NCBI GenBank assembly: GCA_029953675.1
Contig: JAMWBK010000004.1
Coordinates: forward strand, 2,480,001 to 2,544,000
Direction: 5' to 3'
Source of the DNA: Rhodosorus marinus CCMP1338
Lineage: Eukaryota > Plantae > Rhodophyta
Length of the DNA: 64,000 nucleotides
Under the pieces are notes generated by a model. The model worked only from the letters and a program-made list of their open reading frames with translations, was not told where the DNA came from and ran no database searches. How positions within the stretch are numbered: position 1 is the stretch's first letter; each line of letters begins with the position of its first letter. Below are positions 1 to 11,600 of the stretch, piece by piece. Both the position numbers and the translations under genes were made by a program.

Positions 1-593
1 GTCTTCATCAAAGAGAGAGCCTTGTATATCAGCTCCGTAAGTAGGCCTACGAAACCGTATGTTTCGCCAATAGTAGCGCTCCTTATCCTCCTCAGAAAGG
101 TCTAGCAAAATATACAGAGAAAAAACAACACATACAAAAAGACCTTCAGCGTCCACAAACAGTTGTTTATCTGACTGGGGGGGGATGGGGGGGGGCCTCC
201 CCCCTCATAGATCTTACCGTTCTTTCCTCTCAAGTTGTTTTCCGGTGCATACTGTTTCTGAAAGGCCTCCGCTGACTTCCTGAATTTCTTGAGGTTTTGA
301 GACCGGGATTCAAGAAGAACACAATAGTAAACACCCTTTGAGCCAGTGAACTCCTGCCTAATCGGTTTCTGTACCACCAGCTCTTCCACATCATCGTAGC
401 TCGTATTCTTCCTCGGGGACCAGCCTTCGGGAGGAACTACAATGCACATTCCGTGCGCATAGGCTTCAGCTTCAATCTTTTTCACGTAGCCATTGAAGTC
501 TGCAAACTCTTCAGCCGTTGGGTAGAACCGTGGGGCCTCCAAGCTATCAACAACCTCCTCATTCGTTCTCTTCATTTCTGTACAGCCGCTCAC
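1..593 (-). CDS. JmjN/JmjC histone lysine demethylase (KDM4/KDM5-like), 5' part; runs off the left edge of the window
   Basis: Exon 1 (593-218) has the JmjN motif [32 protein letters not shown]. Intron 217-102 (GTAAGA..CTAG) splices to exon 2 [34 protein letters not shown], which matches the conserved YW..YGAD..GSLF block before JmjC. Confidence 0.9.
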
Positions 594-1409
594 CTCAAAA
601 ACAATCCCAAACCACCTCCAAAAACTGCACTATCCCCGAAAGACCAAGCCCAGGAACAATCAAAAAAACTTCCTGTCACGGCAGAGAAACCGACTCTTCC
701 AGTCTCCTCGCTTAAGAAGATGTCATACCGGCACAGAGACAAAAATTTACGCGCCTCATGAATGCCAAACTTTTCCACTTCCTCCTCGCGCTCCCTTTGA
801 AACAGAACAAGTCGTCACATAACTCCCGCATTCAATCCCCCCCAATCAATCCGACTTCAGTTTCTTAACACACATCCTCCCCAATCTCTCCAAACAGCCC
901 CAGTTTTTTACTAGCACTCACGCACACCAAACGAATAATTGAAACACGTAAATAAAATCCGGGCCCAAATGAAACGGCTGATGTTACAAACGGAGCCTCT
1001 GAGGGCTGAAGCCTTTCAAAATAACCAGAAAAAGAGTCTGTTTTTCCAGAGCGAATCCGGACGCTCACCACGCGCTAGTTCAGTTGAAGCTTATGATTCA
1101 TCCCTTGCCGGAAGCCATCAGGCGAGGCCGCTTATGTGCAGGGGTTTCGGAACAGGATGATGTCTTTGATAGTTAACAAGATGACCAGAGATCGTGTTCG
1201 TCCGGTTTCACCGAGTGCCAAATCTTCGTCAAAGAACGAAACCGATCGGCTCTTAAAAAGGCTATGAGCCAGGCCCCACCTAATCGATATGAAAACTAAA
1301 AAAAAAAACAAGAACAGGAAAACTTACACAAACAGATTCTTTAAGAGTAAGAGATGTGGATTTTCGATAGTTTTTAGGCTGATGGGTTTGATTTTTTCGT
1401 AGTTTTGGA

Positions 1410-1680
1410 TTGAACAGCTGTCCGATTTGTTGTTTCCCAATCGAGTCTCGGTTGTCCTTCATGTCGATGGCATCTCACTCACCGGAACTGAATAAGGGAT
1501 AGAGGGGACGATTCGCAGACGGTCAAAAGAGTTCAAGGTATAGGTAGAGCTGGGAGGTCTGTGAAGTTTTTTTGGAGAGAGAAATGCCAGATACCGCTGC
1601 TGGCGAGCGATCGACCTTGCTCCTGCCATGCAGAGGTTAAGAAACTTCGAATTGACGTCCTTGAAGGCAGTGTTCCGATC
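1410..1680 (+). mobile_element. Degenerate Ty1/copia reverse transcriptase fragment
   Basis: The + frame reads QLSDLLFPNRVSVVLHVDGISLTGTE*GIEGTIRRRSKEFKV*VELGGL*SFFGER..LRNFELTSLKAV. This aligns by eye to copia RT (D.CLF..VLLYVDDILITG..I..L.KEF.MKDLG.LKYFLGIE..L..F.M..CKPV). It has in-frame stops and YVDD is mutated to HVDG. Confidence 0.55.
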
Positions 1681-2337
1681 CTCGTCTCTCATCCTTGTGA
1701 GGGAATCGAATCTATGAGAAACCCGATCTCTGGAACAAACTCTCCGATCACCTCAATTCCCTTCCCTACCCTTCTCTTGAGACGAAGCGTTTTGAAGGAT
1801 AACCAGGGTTAGACTCTATTATCAAAGAGTCCTGTCTAATCAATTTTTTGTGCAGTATACGTCTAAATATAGGATATAAGGCATTAATTAGATTCATTTA
1901 GAGTAGTTTTGACCTATTATTAGTGCTTCCGCGAAATAAAATTAAACGACTACGCGAAAATAGCGTCATTAGCTGGTATTTAGCGCATAGGAGTCATAAT
2001 ATTTCTAAAATATATTTATTCGGACGTTATTTGCGTCTTTCCGTAATTCGCGCAATTTGAGATCTTTTGGTGGTGGCAAGACTTTAGCGATTGCGCTGAT
2101 GAGGATTGAGTGGAGGTGGGGAAGGGATAGAGGTAGATGTTGACTTGTAAATGGGGAAGGGGATCACTAGCGTACTTGTTTGCGGAATATTCCATAGAGT
2201 ATCCTGAGCTTAAACGTTATTTTGAACGCTTCTGAAGAGGGCGGTGGTTCTGGCACTTTTCCGTAAATACCAAAAGCGTCTTGGGGAGTTTGCTGTCGGA
2301 GACCGGAGGCTGGACGTTTCCTAGAGCTGTGGGAACC

Positions 2338-2769
2338 ATGAGACCCCCAAGGATGGGTAAGCAAATGGGTTTCGACCACATGTCGGCCCTACTTTCCCGC
2401 TTGAATATAGCCGGCCGCTCTGGTAAGGCCACGATCAAAATACCCCGATCATTGGAAATTCAGCAAACGATAAATGTGCTATTGAAGGAGGGCTTCATTC
2501 GAGGCGTTACACCATTCGGTAACGGCATGTACGACCATCACTATTACAAGGTGCACCTCAAGTTCGACGACAAGGGTCTACCTGTTGTTAAGACCGCTCG
2601 ACGAATATCAAAGCCTGGTCGCTCGATAGAGGTTGAGATCAAATATCTGCCCCCTTGCATGAACGGCCTGGGGATATTTTTATTGAAGACAAGGAAGTAT
2701 GGCGTACTAAGTGACAAGGATGCGAGGAGGTTACAAGCGGACGGAGAACTACTTGGACTGGTTTTCTAG
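2338..2769 (+). CDS. rps8: Bacterial-type ribosomal protein uS8, nuclear-encoded, probably mitochondrial
   Basis: Intronless ORF with uS8 motifs D..S.LLSRL.IA, VLLKEGFI, RISKPGR, NGLGI..L.T..GVLSD..AR...GELL..VF. It has a short basic N-terminal extension (MRPPRMGKQMG). Confidence 0.88.
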   Translation: MRPPRMGKQMGFDHMSALLSRLNIAGRSGKATIKIPRSLEIQQTINVLLKEGFIRGVTPFGNGMYDHHYYKVHLKFDDKGLPVVKTARRISKPGRSIEVEIKYLPPCMNGLGIFLLKTRKYGVLSDKDARRLQADGELLGLVF

Positions 2770-3486
2770 AATCATCCGATTAACCAACTAACCTATATTC
2801 CAGTGGCTGTTTAAAATATTCCCTCTCAAAGCTAATTGACATTGTTTGTAGACCTGAAATAAACTGGGAAGCTCATGACAGTACTTGGGTGCCAAGCCCA
2901 ACTGTCAAAACCAGTGATCGGACTGTTGGAATCCGGGGCCCCGCAGTGCTTAGGAGCCATAAAGAGTCAGCTACGGTTCCAATTCGCAGTTGAATCAAGC
3001 AGACGTTCAGTGCTTGCTGTGTGTTCGACTAGATCTGTCTCAAGTATTGAACGTGTTGAATATGACACACTGCACGTGCAGAATCCCGGTTAGGCCTTGC
3101 TGTCATGCTCAGTTGATGCAACTTTTCAACGGAACTGCACCAAGGGACCTTCTCATGTCACTAAGAAGATCCTGAGCTTGAACAGAGAAGCCGCGATGGC
3201 GTAGAAATGACGTAGAAAGCTTGCCGGGTGTTCTAAGAAGTTCTGGTTTAGTTCAACTCGATTTTGCCTTTCTCGATTGGTTTTGAGTTCTATCAGGTCT
3301 TTCCAAGCAGTAGTTTTAGCTAGAAAGCCGTGAACAACATTGGAAGGGTTTACCCGGACTCCTTTCGGACACGAGTATTCATGTGGGGACCGCCCCCTCG
3401 GTCAGAGACTGAACTCATCATTGGGCAATTCAATGCTCATGGAAGGTTCTAAGCAAAACATCCCTCCTAATTTCCAACTCAACCAC

Positions 3487-3504
3487 CACACACACACACA
3501 CACA
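3487..3504. repeat. (CA)9 microsatellite
   Basis: Seen directly in an intergenic region. Confidence 0.9.
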
Positions 3505-3879
3505 TACATTCACGTGCGCACATTCGCTGGGGGGGTCAGTTTTACTCTCCAGATCATGAAAGTTCCCGAGAAAGACGACCGGCTCAGTTCAATCAAAACA
3601 AACGGGAATCATCATCTAGTTAATATTCCCTGGTTTTAATGACTAACTTTCAGCCCAGATTCTCAACGCGATAATGGGCGTCAACTGGTAAGACGACTTG
3701 GCCGCGGGAAGAGGACTGACAAAGTCGTTCAGCTTATAAAGTCCGGAATGGATGGATTCGCCCCGTGATATCTGAACTTTTTTTGTAATAGTATTTCATT
3801 TCTGGCTATTGTAAATCGTGAGAATAGGAGTTTTCGTTGGTTACTTTTTCGTCTTTGTCTGTTTTGGTTTGTCGTAGGC

Positions 3880-4633
3880 ATGACGCTTGGTTTCGTTGTT
3901 GACCTTGGTACTGCCTTGGGGAGGAAGGGAAGGCATCAGTGTAGGGCGAACGTGAACTTGAATGCGCCAAACTTGCTGCTTCCTGATGGAATTCATAGTA
4001 GCGTTGGGAGGTGAGGCCTGGCAGGATGCGTTTCTGCTTCTGTTTTTTTGTTTTATTTTTTTTTAACCTTGTTTTAGGTTTTACCGACGTTGCGTTGGTC
4101 GAGGGGACTTTGTTGTGGAGTCTCACTATTGTTTCCTTTTTCATGTTACTGAAGATGGAAGTGTGTGAAAAATTGTGGTGCGTGCTGTTTTCTTGACCCT
4201 GATTTTCGCGAGCCCCTGGAGCCGATTCTTTCCAATGAGGACTTTGCCCTTTACATGTCTATGGTTGGACCAGATGGATGGTGCATTCACTTCAACAAAA
4301 CTACTCGCACCTGTGGAAACTACGAAAGTAAGTGCTGAGCCGAATCCGTCTCACGCTTCTCCATCGAAAATCGATTCGATGTGCTTAGCTTATGTTGGAA
4401 TGCCTACCACAGACAGACCGATGTTTTGTCGTGTAACAAAAGAGCAGCAGGCTAAAATATATGGAACATCAGAAGAAGACGGTGACCTAGTAGCTGTGGA
4501 AAGTTGTATGGACCATATTCAGGAGGTGTATGGACCCGAGAGCAAAGAGATGAGAACTTATGCGGACGCGGTTGCGGTGGATCTCGAAATCGAAGACCGA
4601 GACGACGAACAAGGGACCTGGGTTGAACTGTGA
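3880..4633 (+). CDS. YkgJ/UPF0153 cysteine-cluster (putative Zn/Fe-chelating) protein, plastid-targeted
   Basis: Exons 3880-4010, 4155-4327 and 4413-4633 give MTLGFVVD..(transit)..RWKCVKNCGACCFLDP..MVGPDGWCIHFNKTTRTCGNYENRPMFCRV..CMDHIQEVYGPES. This has the CxxxCGACC, GWCIH, C..Y..RP.FCR pattern of the family. Confidence 0.88.
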
Positions 4634-4814
4634 ACTGGCAGCCAGGGCAGTTGTAGTTAAACTCTTGGAATATTTATTAACTGCCCTTTCATTAACTGCT
4701 GTGATATTATGAATGGATGCTTGGCATGTTTTGCAAGACATCCTCACGCAAGTTCGGCAACGCTCTCGTCCCCTGACATTGACCTCGTGGCTTGTAGCAC
4801 CTCACGGGACTCGC

Positions 4815-6237
4815 TCATGATCCAGGTTTACCGCTGGGTGGAGAAGGAGACCAGAACCGATGAGCGACGACAACGTTGTTGGCTCCGTCGGTAATCAGCT
4901 GGTATTTGTCAAACTGTACAGTTGTCAAGTACGCGGTATATCCACCAATCGCGAACCGGTGCTTCCCAAGTGACGTGTCCCATACGTTGATCTCCCCATC
5001 ACGCCCTCCGGTAACAATCTTGTCCTTATCCCACTGCAAAGACATCACAGGCCCTTTGTGCGCTGCAACAGAGCAAGGAACAAAACTCTCAACATCGTTC
5101 TCGATTGTTTGTGAACCTTTCGACGGTAATACCTTTGAAGCTGAGGAGGATATCGCCTGAGTCTAGATTCCACATGGTAACATCTCCATTAGACCCTCCT
5201 GCGACCAGACGATCGGACTCTTCGTCATATTGAAAGCAGGTTACATTAGAACTAAAGCACTTTAGCGATAGTATGTGCTGCATCTTGTCCGCCGAGTACA
5301 CCTCGACACATCCACTTTTACATCCCAAGAGCACAAACTTTCCTACGACAGATCCACACAAAATTCCCGAGGGCAGTTTCTCCTTTCCAAGAAGTTCACC
5401 CGTTGCCAAATCCCAGGCTCTAAGTGTGCCCTCGACGCATCCACTGAAGAACCTCCTGTATCTCACAGCAAGCTGAGCCATAGTCACGATACCTGCCGGT
5501 GTGCAATAGGCTCGTCAACATGGGGATGACCGAAGTGTCTGGATGCGGAGAGAGCCAACTCTACCTGCGTGTCTTGCTTCTGAGCTCAACTTCAACGGCT
5601 CTCCCTTCGAGTTCATGAGCTGCACCGTTCCATCAACCGCACCCGAGACAACGTATTTACCGTTGAAGTCCAGAGCGGTTACTTCAAATCCATGAGCAGC
5701 TGCGCTCCACTCCTATGGATAATTCATTTTTTGGAGGGAGGAGGATCAAGAGATAAGCTTTCTGGGAACAGGAGTCCTATTGTATGGGCGCAAGTGCTTG
5801 TTCAACTCGAACCTTTTTCGCGTTTCGAAGGTTGAACATATGAATCGAGCCAGTGTGGCTCCCTGGTTTTACGGCATAAGCCGGGAAGAAGAGGCTAAGA
5901 TTAAGTCCATGGGCCTTTGTCGAGAGACCATGAGCGTTCAACTTTTACCGCTGATTAGTTTAGGTCCGAAAAGTTTGAGTCTGCGAAAGTAGTCCTCCTT
6001 CAAGTACGCTGCGATCTCCTGTGTAGCCTTACCCGTTTTCCAGTTGCTGGAGTATTCCTTTTCGCGTTCTTCTTCCTCGTTTCGAACTTTAGATATTCTC
6101 TTCTGCATGAGGTCCCAATCAAATTGGAACCCATCACCGGATGAGTCGCCGGCCTTCATTCTCATCTTGTTCAGACAAACCCTCTTCTGCCCATCATTGG
6201 CAACCTGGTATCGCCATCCAGAAACGAAGCCTTCCAT
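4815..6237 (-). CDS. WD40-repeat protein with probable plastid transit peptide (multi-exon)
   Basis: Starts MEGFVSGW. Several WD repeats lie across exons (ISGSHTGSIHMFNL; AHGFEVTALDFNGKYVVSGAVDGTVQLM; SGCVEGTLRAWDL; VAGGSNGDVTMWNL; IVTGGRDGEINVWD), separated by GT-AG introns. Internal exon boundaries are approximate. Confidence 0.85.
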
Positions 6238-6508
6238 TTCCAAGCCTCCAATCACAAAACGAAACACCCACACACACACACAAAACGAAAAACCAAGACC
6301 CACAGCTCCACTCTCCTAAACAAACCTAGAAACGAACCAAAACCCCATCTCAGGCTCCCAACTTCCACCCCACCTCAAGCTTGCCTCCCAATAAGAAACC
6401 TTGCTAAATGTTTTTAGTAAGTGTCTGTTTCATCAAGTCATCTCCTTCGGATAGTCACTAGTCTGTAGACTCTTAGACTATCACCTGTTCTACATCATAA
6501 GGAAGAAC

Positions 6509-8687
6509 TTAAACCTTCTCACTCCCCACCCATACCCGTGCATCCTGATTAACATTAAACATTCTGCTGTTTTGAGCACGGGAGATCTTCCCAACTAATT
6601 TTTTATAACCATTGTCAAATTTTAATTGGATTAATATTCTCAATGTGACACGTGGTAAGACTTTATTAGTGGTTACTTGGATGAAGAGCAGTTGAGATGC
6701 TAATTCAGCTGTTGGAGTGCTTGGTGCGGAGGCGAATTCTGATGATTGGTCTGAGGTACTCAGTTTAGGGGGTTGTTTTTCTTGATATCTGTGAGATGAA
6801 AAACGTACCAAGGATAGCTGTTTACTGCGCAATCCAACCGCCTCCTGTAGCTGACTCTATCGCTGGAAAGTGGACTATGTTCCTCCCGAACAGTTAAAAA
6901 AACAAAACGAAATCCCGAGAAACCCCATGACAGACACGAGGCGAGCGGTTCGACCTTGACATAACGATGTCTTCTTCCTCTCAGGGTTGTTGGCTCTAAG
7001 GAAACGACGAGTGAGATGATACCGACGAGAAGCTGGAAGATGGCGTGGGAGGTGAAGTCTGGAGGCAACTCTAGAAAGGGAAAATTTCGGATGGCTGCGG
7101 GAAGCTACTACGATTGTAGAGGCGGTAAGATTTAGTTGATCAAGTTAATACAGTTGTTTTAAATAGAATGATGCGGTACTATTTTCTAAGTTGATCCGCT
7201 GTACAGACGCGCGTGAATGGATAAGTAGTTGGACATGACTTTGATCTCCTCGGCTCCATTGATGCCGAGCCGTAAAATTCCAAGCGCTAGCTGAAGAAAT
7301 GTAGGTGGTGGCAGATTCCCAGAGGGGTCAGGTCGAAGGTACGGAAGTCGTCCTGTTGAGGATGTCATGTCAGCGACTTTTCGAGCAATGGTCTCGATAG
7401 ATCTAGCGAACGGTCGCATTGAGAGAGAATCGTGAGCCAGTGCAACCTACCAAAAGACGATAACCCGGTTAGCAGGAAATACAAGCGAAAGCAACTCGAA
7501 GAGTTGCGTAGATTGAAACTAACCTCGTCGCACCAGTTAACGTAGCCGAGCAGCTTCTTCCCACCAACGTATGGTATTTCCTGGTCAGACACGTCGTCAG
7601 CCTGCCTTGCGTGCGCTGCAGCTTCCAGGCGTGGTCGCAACTTGTAATCTGTTAACTCCGCCGCTGTGAGAACGTCTGCCATGAGCTCCAACTCAGTGCA
7701 GGAAAAGTACGGCGGACTTCGGTTCGCGCATATAAAGTTCACAATATCTGGGCTGCTATCTCCAGTAAGTGTTTGAATAGATTTCAATCGGCAACTTCTC
7801 AGCTGCAGTGCTTTTGTGAAGGCCTCGTCGCTGAGATTCAAGTGTCTTATGAATCGCCTTAGAACAAGCACCGGATTTCCAACCGGTAGATCTGGAATAG
7901 AGCGAATGGCTGTCGGTTCGTAGATGTTTGGGACGCCATCCATAGTACACGCGATTTTCTGCGCTACCCTCCGGATCTCGGCCGCCGTTGGAAAATTTTC
8001 AGCTCGAGTGAGTCTATGAACGGCAGGCCAGCGGTCGAACTTCGCCAAAGCCTCCTGCGTTGCTAGCCCATAGGGGAAAGCGCGTTTCTTGGTCCAACGT
8101 TCTATATCCTAGAGGTACGCGTAACATTCTCAGTGAGATGAAAAATCAACTCCAAGACGTCAGAGGAAGTTTGCTAGATGAGTTTGTTGTACACGGCATA
8201 CTGTTGCTAAGACAGCCTCCCTGCAAGTCACACATGCCAAGTATATTATTCCCAAAGTGGTCATCGCGCTAGCCTTGGCCCTTGAATGCTTGTCTGTGAA
8301 CGTCACCCAACGCTCCAGCAGCAGCTTTGAAATTATGAGCACGTATCCACTGACACTCTCATGTTCTCGGGCCCAGTTTACCTGAAGACTGCAGAGAACT
8401 GCCATTGCCGCCACAAGCGATTCTTCTGCAGAAAGGTACGTATCTTGTTTTGCTTGCGACCTGATCGTTACATTATCGTCTTTCGCTTGGGAGAATTGAC
8501 TCGCACTTTGAGGCTGAGAAGACCGGTAGCCTCGCATGGAAACTCCGGGCATGAGCACATCTGCAACCTCTTCCCGGAATCCGGCGGACGCAGTCCCGCA
8601 ATCCTCACAGACGAGAACTCCATCAGCGTTTATAAAAAACTGATCTGAACCGCATACTTCACAAATAAATTGTTGTTGAGACGCCAT
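6509..8687 (-). CDS. RRN7/TAF1B-like RNA polymerase I core-factor subunit (multi-exon; 3' exons uncertain)
   Basis: The N-terminal Zn ribbon CEVCGSDQFFINADGVLVCEDCGTASAGFREE is typical of RRN7/TAF1B. It is followed by helical exons (8048-7365, 7419-7186) and probable further exons to about 6509. Confidence 0.65.
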
Positions 8688-10134
8688 CGCTGCATCCAAA
8701 GCAAAAAAAAAGAAAAGTCAGGCTAAGCCACAGGCCCGTATGGCAAATGGCACCTGCTCCGGTGCCCGCGGGCTTCGACGATGCAATCGCAAGGGCCATG
8801 CTGCTCTACATGCATACCAACTGATAACGCACAACTGATCCGGAGGGAAGCAAATTCATCGGTCCCTTGTCAAAACCTATTCAGCTGCATTACTACTCTT
8901 CGAAGATGCGCTTTACGCAGTACACTACCACTTGAAATAGAACTGGTTCCACCGGCGCCGCGACAACCAGGGCATGTGGCTAGCAATCAATTACTATCTC
9001 TGACTCGGCCATTGATGTCCTAGATTCTAAATACATCCTATCAAACCGCCTTCAGATAGATCAGAGCTTGGACTAACAATTGAAGGTTAAGGTTTCCATC
9101 ATCTTGACAGATTCTCGAGATGGCTTCCCCTAACTCCTCCGAACACTCACCAGAAAACCACAGACGCTACCCAACCCTTCTCAACCTAAAATCCATTCCC
9201 GCGTTTTTTTCTATTAACAAAACAATTCAATGCAAAAAAAAATCAATCTCTCCCTCCCCCTTCCTTTCCAACTTCACCAAAAAACGAAATGACATTTAAT
9301 AAAAATAAAATTAAACGTTTGCTTTTTCCCCAGTTTTTTCAACGAACCCCTTGCACAACTGATTGAAATTAGATTGAATACAATCAATATATGCGAGAAT
9401 CAAAATTGTTTTAACAAAACAAGTTTCAATGCTACCCCGGAAACTTCAGACGATGTATTTCTTCCTACGGGGGTTGAGGGGCTAATTGTATTCGCAAATT
9501 GCCTTGGAATAAGCATTAGAATTTTATATGAAAGGATATTGTTGAAGCCTATAGTCAATGTGAAACGGAGGGATGGGGGGGAGGGGGAAGGGGGGAGAGA
9601 GATGTACAATTTTTTTAATGTTATTATGTTTTGTTTTTTTTTGTTTCGGAGAGAGACACAGAGAGAGAGCAAGAAGAGCAGGAAGGCGCGAGCCGGAGAG
9701 AGAGATGTCATTTTGACAAAAGGTGGCAGAAAACGGGTACGAAAAATTTTGGTCTGGCGGGGAACTTCATTTAATTTTTATTTTTCCGATGAATATGGCG
9801 CGAATGGGGTGGGAAACGTTGGCGGCTTCGGGGTGTGATGTGTGCCGGGAGAATGGGACGATGAAGAAGGGCGGGGTGGGGGAGGTTGGGAAGGGGGAGG
9901 TAATATTGTTAAGTGATATGCTTAATTTCATTTCGAGTGGATTTTGTTAAGGTTTCTGGGATTTTCTTGAGGGTTTTTGGGGGGTTTGGGTTGGGGCGGG
10001 CTGTGTTTGTTTTGTGTGCTGAGTAAATCTGTTTGAACTTTGATGGGGTCTGAGCTGCGGTGAGTTGGACTGGGCTGGAAAAGGGGTAGAAAAAGGTGTG
10101 TGGGGTTCGGTTGAACTCTCTTCCCCCTTCAGCG

Positions 10135-11209
10135 ATGGGTGGAGATGTAGGATATGTAAATGTGATATCCTTAGATTTTGGCAGGCATGGTAATTCGCTG
10201 AGGAATTGTGAAGCAAGGGGTATGGCGTTTAGGACTTTGATAGGGAGGAGGCCGCTGTCGCACATGACGGAGAGAATAGTGCGGCCGGGTCCTGCTTCCA
10301 AGGGAGGAATGGAGCTTATCATTGGGCCCATGTTCGCTGGGAAAACGACAGAACTGCTGAGAAGATCTGAACAGAGAAGGTGAGAACCGCTCTTGCTCGG
10401 CGCTGGCTCCCCCCATCAACTGCCGCACCTGCTTTCTTCACATTTTTGCTGAAAACTAGTTCACCGATTTTGAAATTAGAGCTGCCGGTGAGCGGGTGCT
10501 CCTGGTCAAGAGCAGCGTAGATACCCGATATAGTAATGTGGAGGTTGGTACACCGGAAGGTAGCAACGGCACTATGAGCATGGAGATCTGACTCTCCTCT
10601 TTTATTCATACCAGATTGTGAGCCATGATCAGAAACGAGAGCCTTGCTACAGCATGAAGGAACTGAGCCCTTTGCTTTCAGAGGCAATTGCGTCCGATTA
10701 CGATGTCGCAGCGATTGACGAGGCTCAGTTTTTTCCAGACTTGCTAAGCTTTTGCTTGGAATGGGTGGACAAGCAGAAGAAAACCGTACTTGTTGCAGGC
10801 CTAGACGCCGATTGTGAGCGGAGGAAGTTTGGCGAGGTCCTTGATCTCGCTCCTCACGCAGATCGTATCACGAAGTTGTCTGCCCGTTGTGGTAAGTCGC
10901 TGACGGAAGAAGAGACAGACCGGGACAATGGTCAAAAACCGGTTGATCGCTGGTGCTTTGGCTGTCCGAGAAACTGAAAAGATTGTTTTACGCTGTGCAG
11001 GAATATGTGGTGAGGCTGCGTGTTTCACGAAGAGGAAAGGATCCCTGACAAAGGAGCAAGTTTTGATCGGGGGTTCTGACCTGTACATGGCGGCTTGCAG
11101 AGATCATTATGCTGTGGAACCTCCAGCTGCCCACGACTGCGCCATAGAATCAAAAGCATCTTCTGTCCAGGAAGAGCACATCAGCGTTCAAGGCGTTGCG
11201 CGTGCTTAG
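10135..11209 (+). CDS. TK1: Thymidine kinase (TK1 family) with N-terminal extension; about 4 exons
   Basis: P-loop LIIGPMFAGKTTELLRR; VKSSVDTRY; Walker B AIDEAQFF; VAGLD; C..CG..A.FT.R; IGG..Y.A.CR.H. Three GT-AG introns interrupt the motifs. Confidence 0.93.
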
Positions 11210-11600
11210 CGAAAAGCTTAGGATAACCCGGGCTGTGGTGAATTTGTGCATAGGCAGCTAGTTTTTCATTGGACTGACTGCAACAACGTGATAGTTTGAT
11301 TTTGATCTTTGCGGTCGCACTGTAATTTATTTTAACGGTTGTGGTTCTGTACCAGTATTCGGACGCGGTCTAAACTGAAGCGACTGAGTCAAAAGACCCA
11401 AGTTTCGATGCTTCGAAAAAACATGAATAGTTTAATAACCTGATTGACAGGAGTACTATATACACAAATACATATATCATGGCCTGTCTGTCCAAATAAA
11501 AAGTGGCTCAACACCAACTTCAAGAGAGAGCCATAGAAGCGCGAACACGCTCCTTTCCCCCCGCCCTAGCAGCTACGCTTGTTATCCTGCGCTTGGCGTT

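Noticed and set aside
1459-1692. Minus-strand ORF with ARQQRYLAFLS, resembling the Ty3/gypsy RNase H tail
   Set aside because: The match is short, and the opposite strand gives a longer, more coherent copia RT alignment, so this ORF is its antisense shadow.
2281-2769. rps8 as a recent NUMT/NUPT fragment
   Set aside because: Its base composition is nuclear-like rather than AT-rich, there are no flanking organellar genes, and the ORF is intact with an added N-terminus.
9374-9950. Several ORFs in the RRN7-TK intergenic region
   Set aside because: They come from purine/pyrimidine-biased, homopolymer-rich promoter sequence and have no coding signature.
10135-11209. Thymidine kinase as a viral or bacterial insertion
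   Set aside because: It has three host-type spliceosomal introns and no neighbouring viral genes.
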